NCBI GenBank assembly: GCA_003194435.1
Contig: PQXC01000005.1
Span: forward strand, 30,110 to 94,109
From: Candidatus Methanophagaceae archaeon
GTDB lineage: Archaea; Halobacteriota; Syntropharchaeia; Alkanophagales; Methanospirareceae
Length of the DNA stretch: 64,000 nt
Direction: 5' to 3'
A program made the translations under genes and the position numbers. Every line of letters begins with the position of its first letter. The first letter of the stretch is position 1. Positions 1-8,644 of this stretch are shown piece by piece. The notes beneath the pieces are model-generated. The model saw nothing but the letters and a program-made list of their open reading frames with translations. It made no database searches and was not told the origin of the DNA.

Positions 1-1437
1 AGAGAAGAGGGGGATTTCAGGCGCGATTTCTTGAAGAAGGTGGGCAGGCGGATATACAGGGATAAGATGATAGAGGATGACTGGTTGCGAGTGACGGCAT
101 TGGGGGGCTGTCGAGAAGTTGGGAGGAATGCATTCCTGCTTTCTACGCCGGAGACGAGGGTCTTAATTGACTGTGGAGTGAGTGTAGGCTCGGAAGGCAT
201 GCCCTACTTATATGTACCGGAGGTGTCCCCGATAAGCAATCTGGATGCTGTTGTGATAACACATGCGCATCTCGATCATTCGGGTCTTGTGCCACTCCTG
301 TTTCTATACGGTTATGATGGACCGATATACACAACACAGCCGACGAGGGACCTTATGGCTCTTCTTCTGCTTGATTATATAGAGGTCTCAGCGAGAGAGG
401 GTAAGAAGATACCATATAAATCGGCAATGATAAGAGATGCAATAAGACATACGATACCGCTGAAGTATGGTGAGGTGACAGATATCTCGCCCGATGTGAA
501 GTTGACTTTTTACAATGCAGGGCACATATTGGGTTCAGCAATCGCATATTTCCATCTGGGGAATGGTTCTGTATCGCATAACATTGCGTTCACAGGTGAT
601 ATAAAGTATGAACGTACCTTCCTATTTGACCCTGCATTCAATGCTTTTCCCAGGCTGGATACGCTGGTTATTGAATCCACGTATGGTGGTATGAATGATC
701 AACAGCCCTCAAGGCGAGAGGCAGAGAGGAACCTGAAGGACGAGATAGAACGAACGATAAAGCGGGGTGGGAAGGTAATAATACCGGCATTCGCGGTTGG
801 GCGTTCTCAGGAAGTGATGATTGCGCTTGAAGGTATGCAGCTGGATGTGCCGGTGTATTTAGATGGTATGATATGGGAGGCGACATCTGTACATACTGCA
901 TACCCGGAATATCTGAACAGGAGTTTGAAGAATTCTATATTCCAGGGTGAGAATCCTTTCCTATCAGATATCTTCGTGCAGGTGGATGATGCAGATAAGC
1001 GAAAGGAGGTAATAGAGGAGAAAGAGTCCTCAATTATACTCGCTACTTCAGGCATGCTCAATGGTGGACCGGTTCTGGAATACCTGAAGGGACTTGCAGC
1101 CGATGAGAAGAATACACTCATATTCGTTGGTTATCAGGCAGAGGGTACATTAGGGCGGAGGATACAGAAGGGCTGGAATGAGATACAGTTATCGGATGAT
1201 GGTAAGATAAGGAATATAAAGATAGGGATGGATATAAGGACAGTGGATGGCTTTTCAGGTCATTCAGATCGTAACCAGCTGATTGAATTCGTGAAGGGGA
1301 TTCGACCATTGCCTTCAAAGGTGGTATGCATGCATGGTGAGAATAGCAAATGCATAGCACTGGCAAGTGGGATACACAAGAAATTCAATATAGAGACGAC
1401 GGCGCCGATGAATCTGGAGACTCTGAGATTGGTATAA
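1..1437 (+). CDS. aCPSF1 (FttA)-type beta-CASP / metallo-beta-lactamase ribonuclease; 5' end lies outside the window
   Basis: ORF 31..1437, with the frame open back to nt 1 (REEGDFRRDFLKKVGRRIYRD...). Contains the HAHLDHSG MBL motif and a beta-CASP C-terminal half. The '...WLRVTALGGCREVGRN' junction is the linker that follows the KH domains in aCPSF1, so the KH part is upstream of the window. Confidence 0.8.
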   Translation, partial: REEGDFRRDFLKKVGRRIYRDKMIEDDWLRVTALGGCREVGRNAFLLSTPETRVLIDCGVSVGSEGMPYLYVPEVSPISNLDAVVITHAHLDHSGLVPLLFLYGYDGPIYTTQPTRDLMALLLLDYIEVSAREGKKIPYKSAMIRDAIRHTIPLKYGEVTDISPDVKLTFYNAGHILGSAIAYFHLGNGSVSHNIAFTGDIKYERTFLFDPAFNAFPRLDTLVIESTYGGMNDQQPSRREAERNLKDEIERTIKRGGKVIIPAFAVGRSQEVMIALEGMQLDVPVYLDGMIWEATSVHTAYPEYLNRSLKNSIFQGENPFLSDIFVQVDDADKRKEVIEEKESSIILATSGMLNGGPVLEYLKGLAADEKNTLIFVGYQAEGTLGRRIQKGWNEIQLSDDGKIRNIKIGMDIRTVDGFSGHSDRNQLIEFVKGIRPLPSKVVCMHGENSKCIALASGIHKKFNIETTAPMNLETLRLV

Positions 1438-1474
1438 GAAGCTTTAGAAAGAGGAATAAAAGATAAAGGTAAAG

Positions 1475-2311
1475 GTGAGAGAGAAGATGACAACGATAAG
1501 GGAGAGAATGGAGAGGATGAGTATAGGGAAGCGGATAAGGATGGAGAGGATAGTGGACCGGAATAGCGGTAGAAGTGTTATTGTGCCGATGGACCATGGT
1601 GTGACCTCAGGTCCGATATACGGCTTGACGGACATGAAACAGGCAGTGAATGCAATAGCAGAGGGTGGAGCGAATGCGGTTCTTCTCCATAAAGGTATTG
1701 TGATTGCGGGGCATCGGGGCTATGGTAAGGATATAGGGCTTGTGATTCACCTCTCAGCAAGTACCTCGCTGGGTCCAGACCCACTGGCGAAGGTCATGGT
1801 GGCGACGGTAGAAGAAGCGATCAGGCTGGGTGCTGATGCGGTATCAATGCATGTGAATGTGGGTGCGGATAGCGAGCCGGAGATGCTCGAGGAGCTCGGG
1901 GAGACGGCAATGATATGTGAGGAATGGAGCATGCCTCTCCTGGCGATGATGTATCCCAGGGGTAAGAAGGTGAAGAATGAGCATGACCCCGAGATGGTGA
2001 TGCATGTGGCACGTGTAGGTGCAGAGTTAGGTGCTGACATCATCAAGACGAACTATACCGGAGATCCCGATACATTCAAAGATGTGATACAGAGTTGCCC
2101 GGTGCCAGTGATTATAGCTGGCGGACCAAAGGCGAATACGGATGCAGAGGTACTGAAGATGGTGGAGGATGCGATTTCTGCGGGTGCCTCAGGGGTATCA
2201 ATAGGGAGGAATGTCTTTCAACACGAGAATCCAACGAAGATGACAATAGCAATAAGTAAGATAGTGCATGAGGGCATCACGGCTGCAGAGGCGATGGAGA
2301 TGTTGAAGTGA
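1475..2311 (+). CDS. aroA': 2-amino-3,7-dideoxy-D-threo-hept-6-ulosonate (ADH) synthase, class I aldolase DhnA/MJ0400 family
   Basis: 278 aa. Shows '[31 protein letters not shown]...[15 protein letters not shown]...[12 protein letters not shown]...KTNYTGD...IAGGPK' collinear with MJ0400-type ADH synthases. The exact start among several N-terminal Met codons is uncertain. Confidence 0.75.
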   Translation: MREKMTTIRERMERMSIGKRIRMERIVDRNSGRSVIVPMDHGVTSGPIYGLTDMKQAVNAIAEGGANAVLLHKGIVIAGHRGYGKDIGLVIHLSASTSLGPDPLAKVMVATVEEAIRLGADAVSMHVNVGADSEPEMLEELGETAMICEEWSMPLLAMMYPRGKKVKNEHDPEMVMHVARVGAELGADIIKTNYTGDPDTFKDVIQSCPVPVIIAGGPKANTDAEVLKMVEDAISAGASGVSIGRNVFQHENPTKMTIAISKIVHEGITAAEAMEMLK

Positions 2312-2340
2312 GATAATGATAATAACCCAATAGCCCTCAA

Positions 2341-3915
2341 ATGGATTCATACAATATTATACTTATATTTTATCTCTTCCTTATATACTGGTTTATTATA
2401 CTATTTCTCGATAAGCAGGGTTTACTGAAGCGCTACAATATCTCTTCATACGGTCCTATTCTACAGATAAGAGCGGTCAGAGGTGAGAGATTACTGGAGA
2501 GGCTGGGTACAGTAAGACGTTTCTGGAGAGCGTACGCCAATATCGGTACTGTTCTGATGATTATGGCGATGGCTTTTATGTTCTTTCTTGTGATTAATGG
2601 CGCATTTACAATATTTATGGTGAGACCGGAGCCAACAGAGTTGAATGAGCCAAGGAACTGGTTGCTTATCCCCGGCTTGAACACTTTTATACCTATGTGT
2701 GCATGGGTAGGCTTTGTAGTTGCGATGATAGTACATGAGTTATCGCATGGGATATTGAGCATTGTGGAGCGAATAAAAGTGAAATCAATGGGGCTTCTGC
2801 TTCTGTTAGTGCCGATAGGAGCATTTACAGAGCCGGATACTGACCAGCTCTTCGGTACGGCATCAGCACATGAGAGGACGCGTATCCTTTCCGCGGGTGT
2901 GATGGGCAATTTCGTCGTTGCTATCGCTGCATTTCTCATCTTCTTCGGTATTCTCTTCTCCGTTCAGCCTGTCAGTGAGAATGTGCTTTATGTTTATGAC
3001 GTAGCCAATGGTAGTCCAGCAGCAGAATATGGTATAGAGCCACATTCGTTCATCACGGCGATGGATGGAGAAGGGGGAGTGAGCGTAGAAGAGCTGAACA
3101 GCAGACTGGAGAAGGGTAAGACTGCTTATCTCACCATTCTGGATAGAAAGGGCAATAAGAAGGAGATAGCGGTAGAAGGTGAAGTGAATGAGGGCGTAAC
3201 AGTGGTGTTTGTGGAGAAAGGCAAGCCAGCAGCGAAAGCAGGTATCAAGGAGGGTATGACCATAATAAAGATGGATAACAGGAGTATAAGGAGTTATGAT
3301 GATTTCTTCTCTTTCATGAACGATACAGTGGTGGGCGAGGAGATAGAAGTGTGGACGAAGAGAGGAGAAGTATTTGAGATTAAGTTAGAGGAATCGCCAT
3401 ATTATGCGAACCGTGGTTATCTGGGCGTTGATGTTGCCAATTGTGCGCTGGGCATGAGAGTGTTGGAATTTCCAACGAGAACTTACCTGGAGTACCTCCG
3501 GGGCATACCTCGTATGCTCTTCAAATCGCCTGCCAGCTTGCTGTTATTGATGACTTTGCCTGTGCTACCACTCAGCATGGGAGGTTTCAGCACTTTTAAT
3601 CCATTGTTATCGCATTTATACACGCCTGTGGGGATGGCATCCGTTTTTGGTGCTGGTATCTTCTCAATTGCCGATGTGCTGTTCTGGATAGCATGGATAA
3701 ATTTCTATGTGGGCTTATTCAACTGTCTGCCAATGTACCCCTTGGATGGATATTATGTATTCAAGGAGGTATTGAATCCAATGCTGAGGATGGTGATAAA
3801 GGAAGAATCGAAGAAAGAACTGGTTTTAAAGACCATCGCTATCTTCACTGCTGTTATCATCTTTTTATCAATTGTATTCATGTTAGTTGCTCCTTTCGTT
3901 TTTGAGCTCCTCTAA
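2341..3915 (+). CDS. Site-2 protease family (M50) membrane metalloprotease with PDZ domains
   Basis: 524 aa and polytopic. Has an HELSHG (HExxH) motif in a TM helix, two PDZ-like stretches (GSPAAEYGI..., GKPAAKAGIKEGM...) and a C-terminal 'NCLPMYPLDG' motif. Confidence 0.8.
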   Translation: MDSYNIILIFYLFLIYWFIILFLDKQGLLKRYNISSYGPILQIRAVRGERLLERLGTVRRFWRAYANIGTVLMIMAMAFMFFLVINGAFTIFMVRPEPTELNEPRNWLLIPGLNTFIPMCAWVGFVVAMIVHELSHGILSIVERIKVKSMGLLLLLVPIGAFTEPDTDQLFGTASAHERTRILSAGVMGNFVVAIAAFLIFFGILFSVQPVSENVLYVYDVANGSPAAEYGIEPHSFITAMDGEGGVSVEELNSRLEKGKTAYLTILDRKGNKKEIAVEGEVNEGVTVVFVEKGKPAAKAGIKEGMTIIKMDNRSIRSYDDFFSFMNDTVVGEEIEVWTKRGEVFEIKLEESPYYANRGYLGVDVANCALGMRVLEFPTRTYLEYLRGIPRMLFKSPASLLLLMTLPVLPLSMGGFSTFNPLLSHLYTPVGMASVFGAGIFSIADVLFWIAWINFYVGLFNCLPMYPLDGYYVFKEVLNPMLRMVIKEESKKELVLKTIAIFTAVIIFLSIVFMLVAPFVFELL

Positions 3916-3967
3916 TGCCTTATCTTTATCTTTGTCTTTATCATTATCTTCCTTACGAGGCGGAGAG

Positions 3968-4432
3968 ATGGACGACAATTTTGATGCCTTGATTGCGGAT
4001 ATAGAGCGAAAGAAGTCGGAGGAAGAACGTAGGATATATAGTGAGAGGACACTAAAAGAGGCGTACAATCCACGAAACGTGGGTAAGCTGGCGGATCCGA
4101 GCGGTCGTGCTCGAATCACAGGTCCGTGTGGCGATACAATGCAGATAGATATAAGAGTGGAAGCGGGAAGGATCAGCGATTGTAAATTCATTACTGATGG
4201 CTGTGGCGCTTCAATCGCATGTGGGAGTGTGGTAACCGAGCTTGCGAAGGGTGAGCGTATAGAGAAGGCGTTAGAAGTAACAGAGAAGGATGTACTGAGG
4301 GTCTTGGGCGGGTTACCGGCGGAAAACGTCCATTGCGCTGCACTGGCGGTGAAGACATTAAGAGCAGCTATCGGTGATTATCAATGCAGGTCACGAAATC
4401 GCAGTGCTTCCGAACCGGAAATTAGCGCATAA
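3968..4432 (+). CDS. NifU/IscU-like Fe-S cluster scaffold domain protein
   Basis: Taken from the internal ATG at 3968 of ORF 3887..4432; the upstream part is low-complexity. Shows 'NPRNVGKLADPSGRARITGPCGDTMQIDIRV...FITDGCGASIACGS...VHCAALAVKTLRAAI', i.e. the three conserved Cys of IscU/NifU-N. Confidence 0.7.
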   Translation: MDDNFDALIADIERKKSEEERRIYSERTLKEAYNPRNVGKLADPSGRARITGPCGDTMQIDIRVEAGRISDCKFITDGCGASIACGSVVTELAKGERIEKALEVTEKDVLRVLGGLPAENVHCAALAVKTLRAAIGDYQCRSRNRSASEPEISA

Positions 4433-4947
4433 AAAGGTATGAAAAGAGCTAAAACAGTTCTTTCAGGACCGCCTTCAGAGCGGCTATAAGCCAGCGTTAG
4501 AGGTAGGAGATGCGGCAAAAGTTTCACGTTTTAATCGCATCCGAAAAGCAGCAGTGCTGAACTCTCTAATTCATCCAACTCCTCCTCCTCTTCTTCCTCT
4601 TTCTCCTTATATCTTTTATCTTTGTGCATTGCACCTCCTTTCTTCTCTGGCACCTCCCCTGGTCCTGGTAATTCCATATGAATTTCAAAATCTCTAACTC
4701 TCATAAATTTTTGCCTCAATACTAGGACACTACATAGTAACATCTAGTAACATCTTGAACCTCAAAACATTGTTGAAGAAGCAGCATTTATTGCTTTTAA
4801 AAGAAGAGAAACAGGTAACAAAAATAACAAAGAATGATATAATGAAAGCGGCTGATAAGGCACCAAATTCGGTTACACCTGAGGAGGTAGAGCAAATAGA
4901 GGAATGGGCAAAGGAACGGCGCATGAAAACATGAGTATAGGTTCCTA

Positions 4948-5202
4948 TTGACAAAGACAAGCGTAACAGGCGTAAGCAGATGCGGGTTCTATAAGCGGCT
5001 CGGGCAATCGAAGTCCGGACAGGTGAATGCTATACCAGACATGGACAAATGCAGCGGATGGAATCTGGATAGAAGCCTTAACACAGAACAGGCGTTAAAG
5101 GACGTATACAACAAAAAGAAGCTATATTCTGCCATAGGGTACCGCTCTCCCATGGGCTTCGAGAAGGAAAAGGAGAGGAAAGTTTTAAATACTGTTTCTT
5201 AA
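4948..5202 (+). pseudogene. C-terminal remnant of an rve/IS3-IS481-type integrase-core transposase
   Basis: The 84-aa ORF ends '...ALKDVYNKKKLYSAIGYRSPMGFEKE', the typical C-terminal 'YN..R.HSALGY.SP..FE' tail of DDE (rve) transposases. No catalytic core precedes it. Confidence 0.5.
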
Positions 5203-5286
5203 CTATATACTAACCAGGGTGCACTCCACAGATAAGGGGCGGGGAAGATGATTAAAATTAAAGATGGAGAAGTTCGACCAGAGGGA

Positions 5287-5367
5287 TGTATATGCGAACT
5301 TAACTTCGGATATAATGCTAAAACGGTGGTATATACGAACTCGAGTTCGGATATACCGAAGTTGTCC
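5287..5367 (+). repeat. Degenerate or short attC-like site (attC0): two tandem mini-hairpins ending in GTTGTCC
   Basis: The hairpins are TATATGCGAA/TTCGGATATA (about 5289-5314) and GGTATATACGAAC-tcga-GTTCGGATATACC (5328-5357), each with one mismatch. GTTGTCC follows at 5361-5367. The arm sequences are related to those of the full-length copies, but the central region is missing. Confidence 0.5.
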
Positions 5368-5410
5368 GAAATCAGCCGAAGTGCCTTAAATTTAAAGAGG
5401 TGATATAAGT

Positions 5411-6505
5411 ATGAAATTGAATGATGAGCAAATAAAATTGTTGCTTGATAAATTAGTAGCGTCAGAAGAAGCACAAGCATGGGTAAAGCAGAGGTGGGAA
5501 GACCACAAACGATGGAAAGAATGGATCGATCCTGACAAATTGGATACTCTTTCAGATGATGAGTTAAAAAGCAGATTTTTAGAATACTTTAACGAAGGCG
5601 CGGGAAGGCATCCATTTAATGCTGTTTATAGAGACAGAATAGTTAGAGACATCAAGAAATTTAGAGAAGTAATGAAGTTTTTGCTTGATGAATCCATACC
5701 AATAAAGAGAAGGTTAAATGAGATTCTAAACAGAGACGGAAGGTTTCATATTGAAGGAATTGGAAAAGGTCTTGCCACTTCAATTTTAATGGATTTAGAC
5801 CCACAAAAATATGCTACATGGAACAACAAAACAAATATGGGATTGGAAGCTTTGGGTTTAACCCCTCAATTTGTAAGGGGGGATGATTGGGGAACAAGAT
5901 ATGAAAAAGTTATGAAAATTATCAAACATATTAAGGATTTAAAGCCAGAATTTAGCTTCTTAGAGGTTGACCATTTTTTGCATATAGTTTCTGCAACAGA
6001 AGAAGGTAAAGAAGCTGTTAGGGCATTAATTGAGGGTAAAGAAATATCCTCTGAAGTTTCGGAGACAATGAGTCAAATATCAAAAGAAAAAGAGAGTATG
6101 GAATTCGTGATGGAGAAATATTTAGAGGAATTCATCGAGGAAAATTTTGACAAAATAGATTTCGGAGCAAAACTTGAGTTATATCAAGACGAAGAAAATA
6201 CTGGGAGACAATATCCTACTCCAGTTGGTAATATTGATTTACTAGCAATGGATAGAAACAAGAAAGAGTTTGTAGTCATAGAGTTAAAGAAAGGGAGGAG
6301 CAGTGATGTTGTAGTAGGACAGATTTTAAGATATATGGGATGGGTAAAGGAAAATTTAGCGGTTAATGATTACGACCAATATAATATAAGAGGAATTATC
6401 ATATCTAAAGAGAAAGATGATAGATTGGAATACGCTCTAAAAATGCTACAAAACGTAAATGTATTCTTATATTCGGTTTCCTTTGAGTTAAGGAGGGTGA
6501 TATAG
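5411..6505 (+). CDS. Cassette 1: HhH-like N-terminal domain fused to a NucS/DUF91-like PD-(D/E)XK nuclease domain
   Basis: 364 aa. The C-terminus 'GNIDLLAMDRNKKEFVVIELKKGRSSDVVVGQILRYMGW' is the D...E-x-K plus GQ.LRYMGW signature of NucS-type nuclease domains. The N-terminal half contains 'IEGIGKGLATSILMDLDPQKYATWN', a helix-hairpin-helix-like element. A GAGGTGAT RBS precedes the ATG. Confidence 0.65.
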   Translation: MKLNDEQIKLLLDKLVASEEAQAWVKQRWEDHKRWKEWIDPDKLDTLSDDELKSRFLEYFNEGAGRHPFNAVYRDRIVRDIKKFREVMKFLLDESIPIKRRLNEILNRDGRFHIEGIGKGLATSILMDLDPQKYATWNNKTNMGLEALGLTPQFVRGDDWGTRYEKVMKIIKHIKDLKPEFSFLEVDHFLHIVSATEEGKEAVRALIEGKEISSEVSETMSQISKEKESMEFVMEKYLEEFIEENFDKIDFGAKLELYQDEENTGRQYPTPVGNIDLLAMDRNKKEFVVIELKKGRSSDVVVGQILRYMGWVKENLAVNDYDQYNIRGIIISKEKDDRLEYALKMLQNVNVFLYSVSFELRRVI

Positions 6506-6552
6506 ATGGCACTTCGGCTGAATCTCCGCTTCGCTTCGGTGCTATCGCACTC

Positions 6553-6640
6553 GGACAACAGGCGGATATGTGGCTTCGCCTTCGGCTACGCCCAAATTTC
6601 GCCTTACGGCGAAACTTCACATATCCCCAGAACGTTGTGC
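6553..6640 (+). repeat. attC-like site 1
   Basis: R'' is GGACAAC (6553-6559). Arms are GGATATGTG (6564-6572) and CACATATCC (6618-6626). The inner hairpin is TTTCGCC-ttac-GGCGAAA (6597-6614). R' is GTTGTGC (6634-6640). Confidence 0.65.
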
Positions 6641-6666
6641 GAAATCAATAATAAGGAGGATAAGAA

Positions 6667-7381
6667 ATGAAGACTACTGAAAATAAAGAAAAGCCAATAA
6701 TTTTTGTATCACATATAGCAGAAGAAAAAGAAGTTGCTATTGCTTTTAAAGAACTCTTAGAGAATAGTTTTCTAGGAATGGTTGAAGTATTTGTTTCCTC
6801 GGATGAGAAAAGTATCGAAATGGGGCAGAAATGGTTAGAAAGAATAACTGAGGCATTAAAAGCTTGTGCTGTCAAAGTAATAATATGTAGCCCTAAATCC
6901 GTAAACAAGCCTTGGATAAAAGCTACCAATACCGCTAAATATGCTTCAAGCAGGAGTTGCTACAGAAGCATCAAGCCTTAAATTAATATTTTCTGTAATT
7001 GCAAAAGTTTTAGGAGCAAAAGAGCCGAAAGTAGACTTTTCAGAATTCATTAGCAAAATTAGAGAGTTTGAAAAGATTTATACTTACTGGGATGATATAA
7101 ACAGAGTTTTTGAAGAAATACATCGTATAAATCCACAGATAATAGAAGCCCTAAAATCTCGAAAGAATATTCAAATTCAACTTACAGAACCTCAAATAAA
7201 TATGTTTGAAAACATATTTCGACAACTAGAGGAGAAAAACATCTTAAGATTTAGGAGAATAGGTGGAGCTACTATAACACCAATAGGAATGTATATTAAT
7301 TGCGTGATAGAAATTCTACCAGATTTCAAAAAGGTGGTTTCCGATGGACATTTCATATTTTGCAGGGATTTTAAAGCATGA
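6667..7381 (+). pseudogene. Cassette 2: TIR-domain protein gene split into two overlapping frames (6667..6981 and 6941..7381)
   Basis: ORF1 reads 'KPIIFVSHIAEEKEVAIAFKELLE...VFVSSDEKSIEMGQKWLERITEALKACAVKVIICSPKSVNKPWI', a TIR fold up to the 'S.W' strand. It then runs into an out-of-frame tail. The +1 frame continues '(K)LPIPLNMLQAGVATEASSLKLIF...'. The segment that normally carries the catalytic Glu after 'PWI' appears to be missing. Confidence 0.55.
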
Positions 7382-7385
7382 CTTC

Positions 7386-7461
7386 GCACAATAAACGGGT
7401 ATACGGTTCGCTTCGCTCACCCAAACCCTTGCGGGCTTCGTATACCCGCAAACCGTTATAT
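7386..7461 (+). repeat. attC-like site 2
   Basis: It starts 5 nt after the stop of the TIR ORF. R'' is GCACAAT (7386-7392). Arms are GGGTATACG (7397-7405) and CGTATACCC (7439-7447). R' is GTTATAT (7455-7461). Confidence 0.65.
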
Positions 7462-7525
7462 GAAATGCGAGCGGAGGCAAAAATCTTTAGAAAAAGTAAA
7501 TCAAAAATAATAAAAGAGGAGAAAT

Positions 7526-8644
7526 ATGAGTAAATTTATGTTTAAGATTGGAGAGAAGATATTTCAAATAGAAGATCTTGGTGAGTCCGTGAACTCTCAG
7601 TTTTTGAGACTACATGAGAGCCATTTTTCTGGACGCGGTTTTGACCTCACTAAGTTTAGAAAAGAGGCATTAGATTTTTTCGATCATAGCGATGGCAATT
7701 ATCACGCTCACGATGAATTTTTTAATAATTTTACCATTATTTGGCGATCCTTTTTAAATCAAAGGCGTTTTAAAAACGCAGAGTATCTCTGGGACTTTGC
7801 TTTAAATATCGCCTATGATTGGGAAAACAAAAATCAAAACAAAAGAATCCATAAGGGAACTCCATACTATTTCTGGGGTGTGACTTGTATCTTGAATGGG
7901 GATTTGGAAAAAGGGTTTTTGCTAATGCACCAAGCATTGGAAGAGGACAAAAAGACTCATCAAACCAAAACTCCTAAAACTCCCGCATATTCTTTTGTTA
8001 CTCTGGATTATGAAAATCAGAACCAGTTCTTTAGACCAAAAGTGAGAGAAATTGCAAAATTCCTTGATGAAAATTATTTGAACAGTTACCGTTCTTCGAG
8101 GGGAGGGACATTAACTTTATCTGACTTTAAAACAAAATTCTTGGAAGAATCTGCTTTACAAGAAGTAGTTTTTTACTTTATTTTTGAATTATTCCGTCTT
8201 AAAAAGTTGCTTGAAGAGATAAATCAAAGATTAACACAGAATGTCTTCAGCTCTTTGCTACAAGCAAACACAATATTTACTCTTTGTCTCATCATAGATA
8301 ATGTTATTAAGCAAAAAAATCCCAATCAATGGAAATTTTCAGAACACCTGAAATTTTTATCTTCTAGATCCTCATTAAACCTTAATGATCAAAAGATTGG
8401 AGAATTAAATGGAGCATTCACAAACAATTTTTCCAATACGCTACAAAAATTATTAAGTTCACAATACCAATTTCAAGATGTAACTACACCGCAACCTATT
8501 GAGGAAGATTTAGCAATTACCTATGGTTTTAGAAATTTTGGAGCTCATAAAGTAGAAGATCAACCTGTTGTTTATCAAAACTTTGATGAAATATCGAGGA
8601 GGATTTTAAATGCTTTATTTTTCTCCGTCGAAAAATTGTACTAA
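7526..8644 (+). CDS. Cassette 3: all-alpha hypothetical protein with a C-terminal R-x4-H (HEPN-like) motif
   Basis: 372 aa, preceded by a GAGGAG RBS. No family is recognised by eye. 'AITYGFRNFGAHKVED' near the C-terminus matches the RNxxxH form of the HEPN RNase motif. Confidence 0.55.
   Translation: MSKFMFKIGEKIFQIEDLGESVNSQFLRLHESHFSGRGFDLTKFRKEALDFFDHSDGNYHAHDEFFNNFTIIWRSFLNQRRFKNAEYLWDFALNIAYDWENKNQNKRIHKGTPYYFWGVTCILNGDLEKGFLLMHQALEEDKKTHQTKTPKTPAYSFVTLDYENQNQFFRPKVREIAKFLDENYLNSYRSSRGGTLTLSDFKTKFLEESALQEVVFYFIFELFRLKKLLEEINQRLTQNVFSSLLQANTIFTLCLIIDNVIKQKNPNQWKFSEHLKFLSSRSSLNLNDQKIGELNGAFTNNFSNTLQKLLSSQYQFQDVTTPQPIEEDLAITYGFRNFGAHKVEDQPVVYQNFDEISRRILNALFFSVEKLY

Noticed and set aside
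3887-3967. An upstream extension of the NifU-like ORF (MLLSFLSSSNALSLSLSLSLSSLRGGE).
   Set aside because: It is a low-complexity translation of an AT-rich 'tatcttta/tctttg' repeat-like intergenic stretch and overlaps the end of the S2P gene. The conserved domain starts after the ATG at 3968.
4449-4534. A possible additional attC-like site right after the NifU-like gene. It has CTAAAAC at 4449-4455, a CCGCC..GCGG hairpin, CTATAAGCC-agc-GTTAGAG at about 4484-4502, and GTTTTAA at 4528-4534.
   Set aside because: It lacks convincing complementary arms. The CTAAAAC at 5318-5324 that seemed to chain with GTTTTAA is better explained as the GCAAAAC-like spacer of a degenerate site. It is too weak to call without a covariance-model search.
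4531-4743. A 70-aa minus-strand ORF with a poly-Glu tract (KEKEEEEEEELDELE).
   Set aside because: It is low-complexity, has no recognisable domain or RBS, and lies in a region full of gene fragments. It is not reported as a gene.
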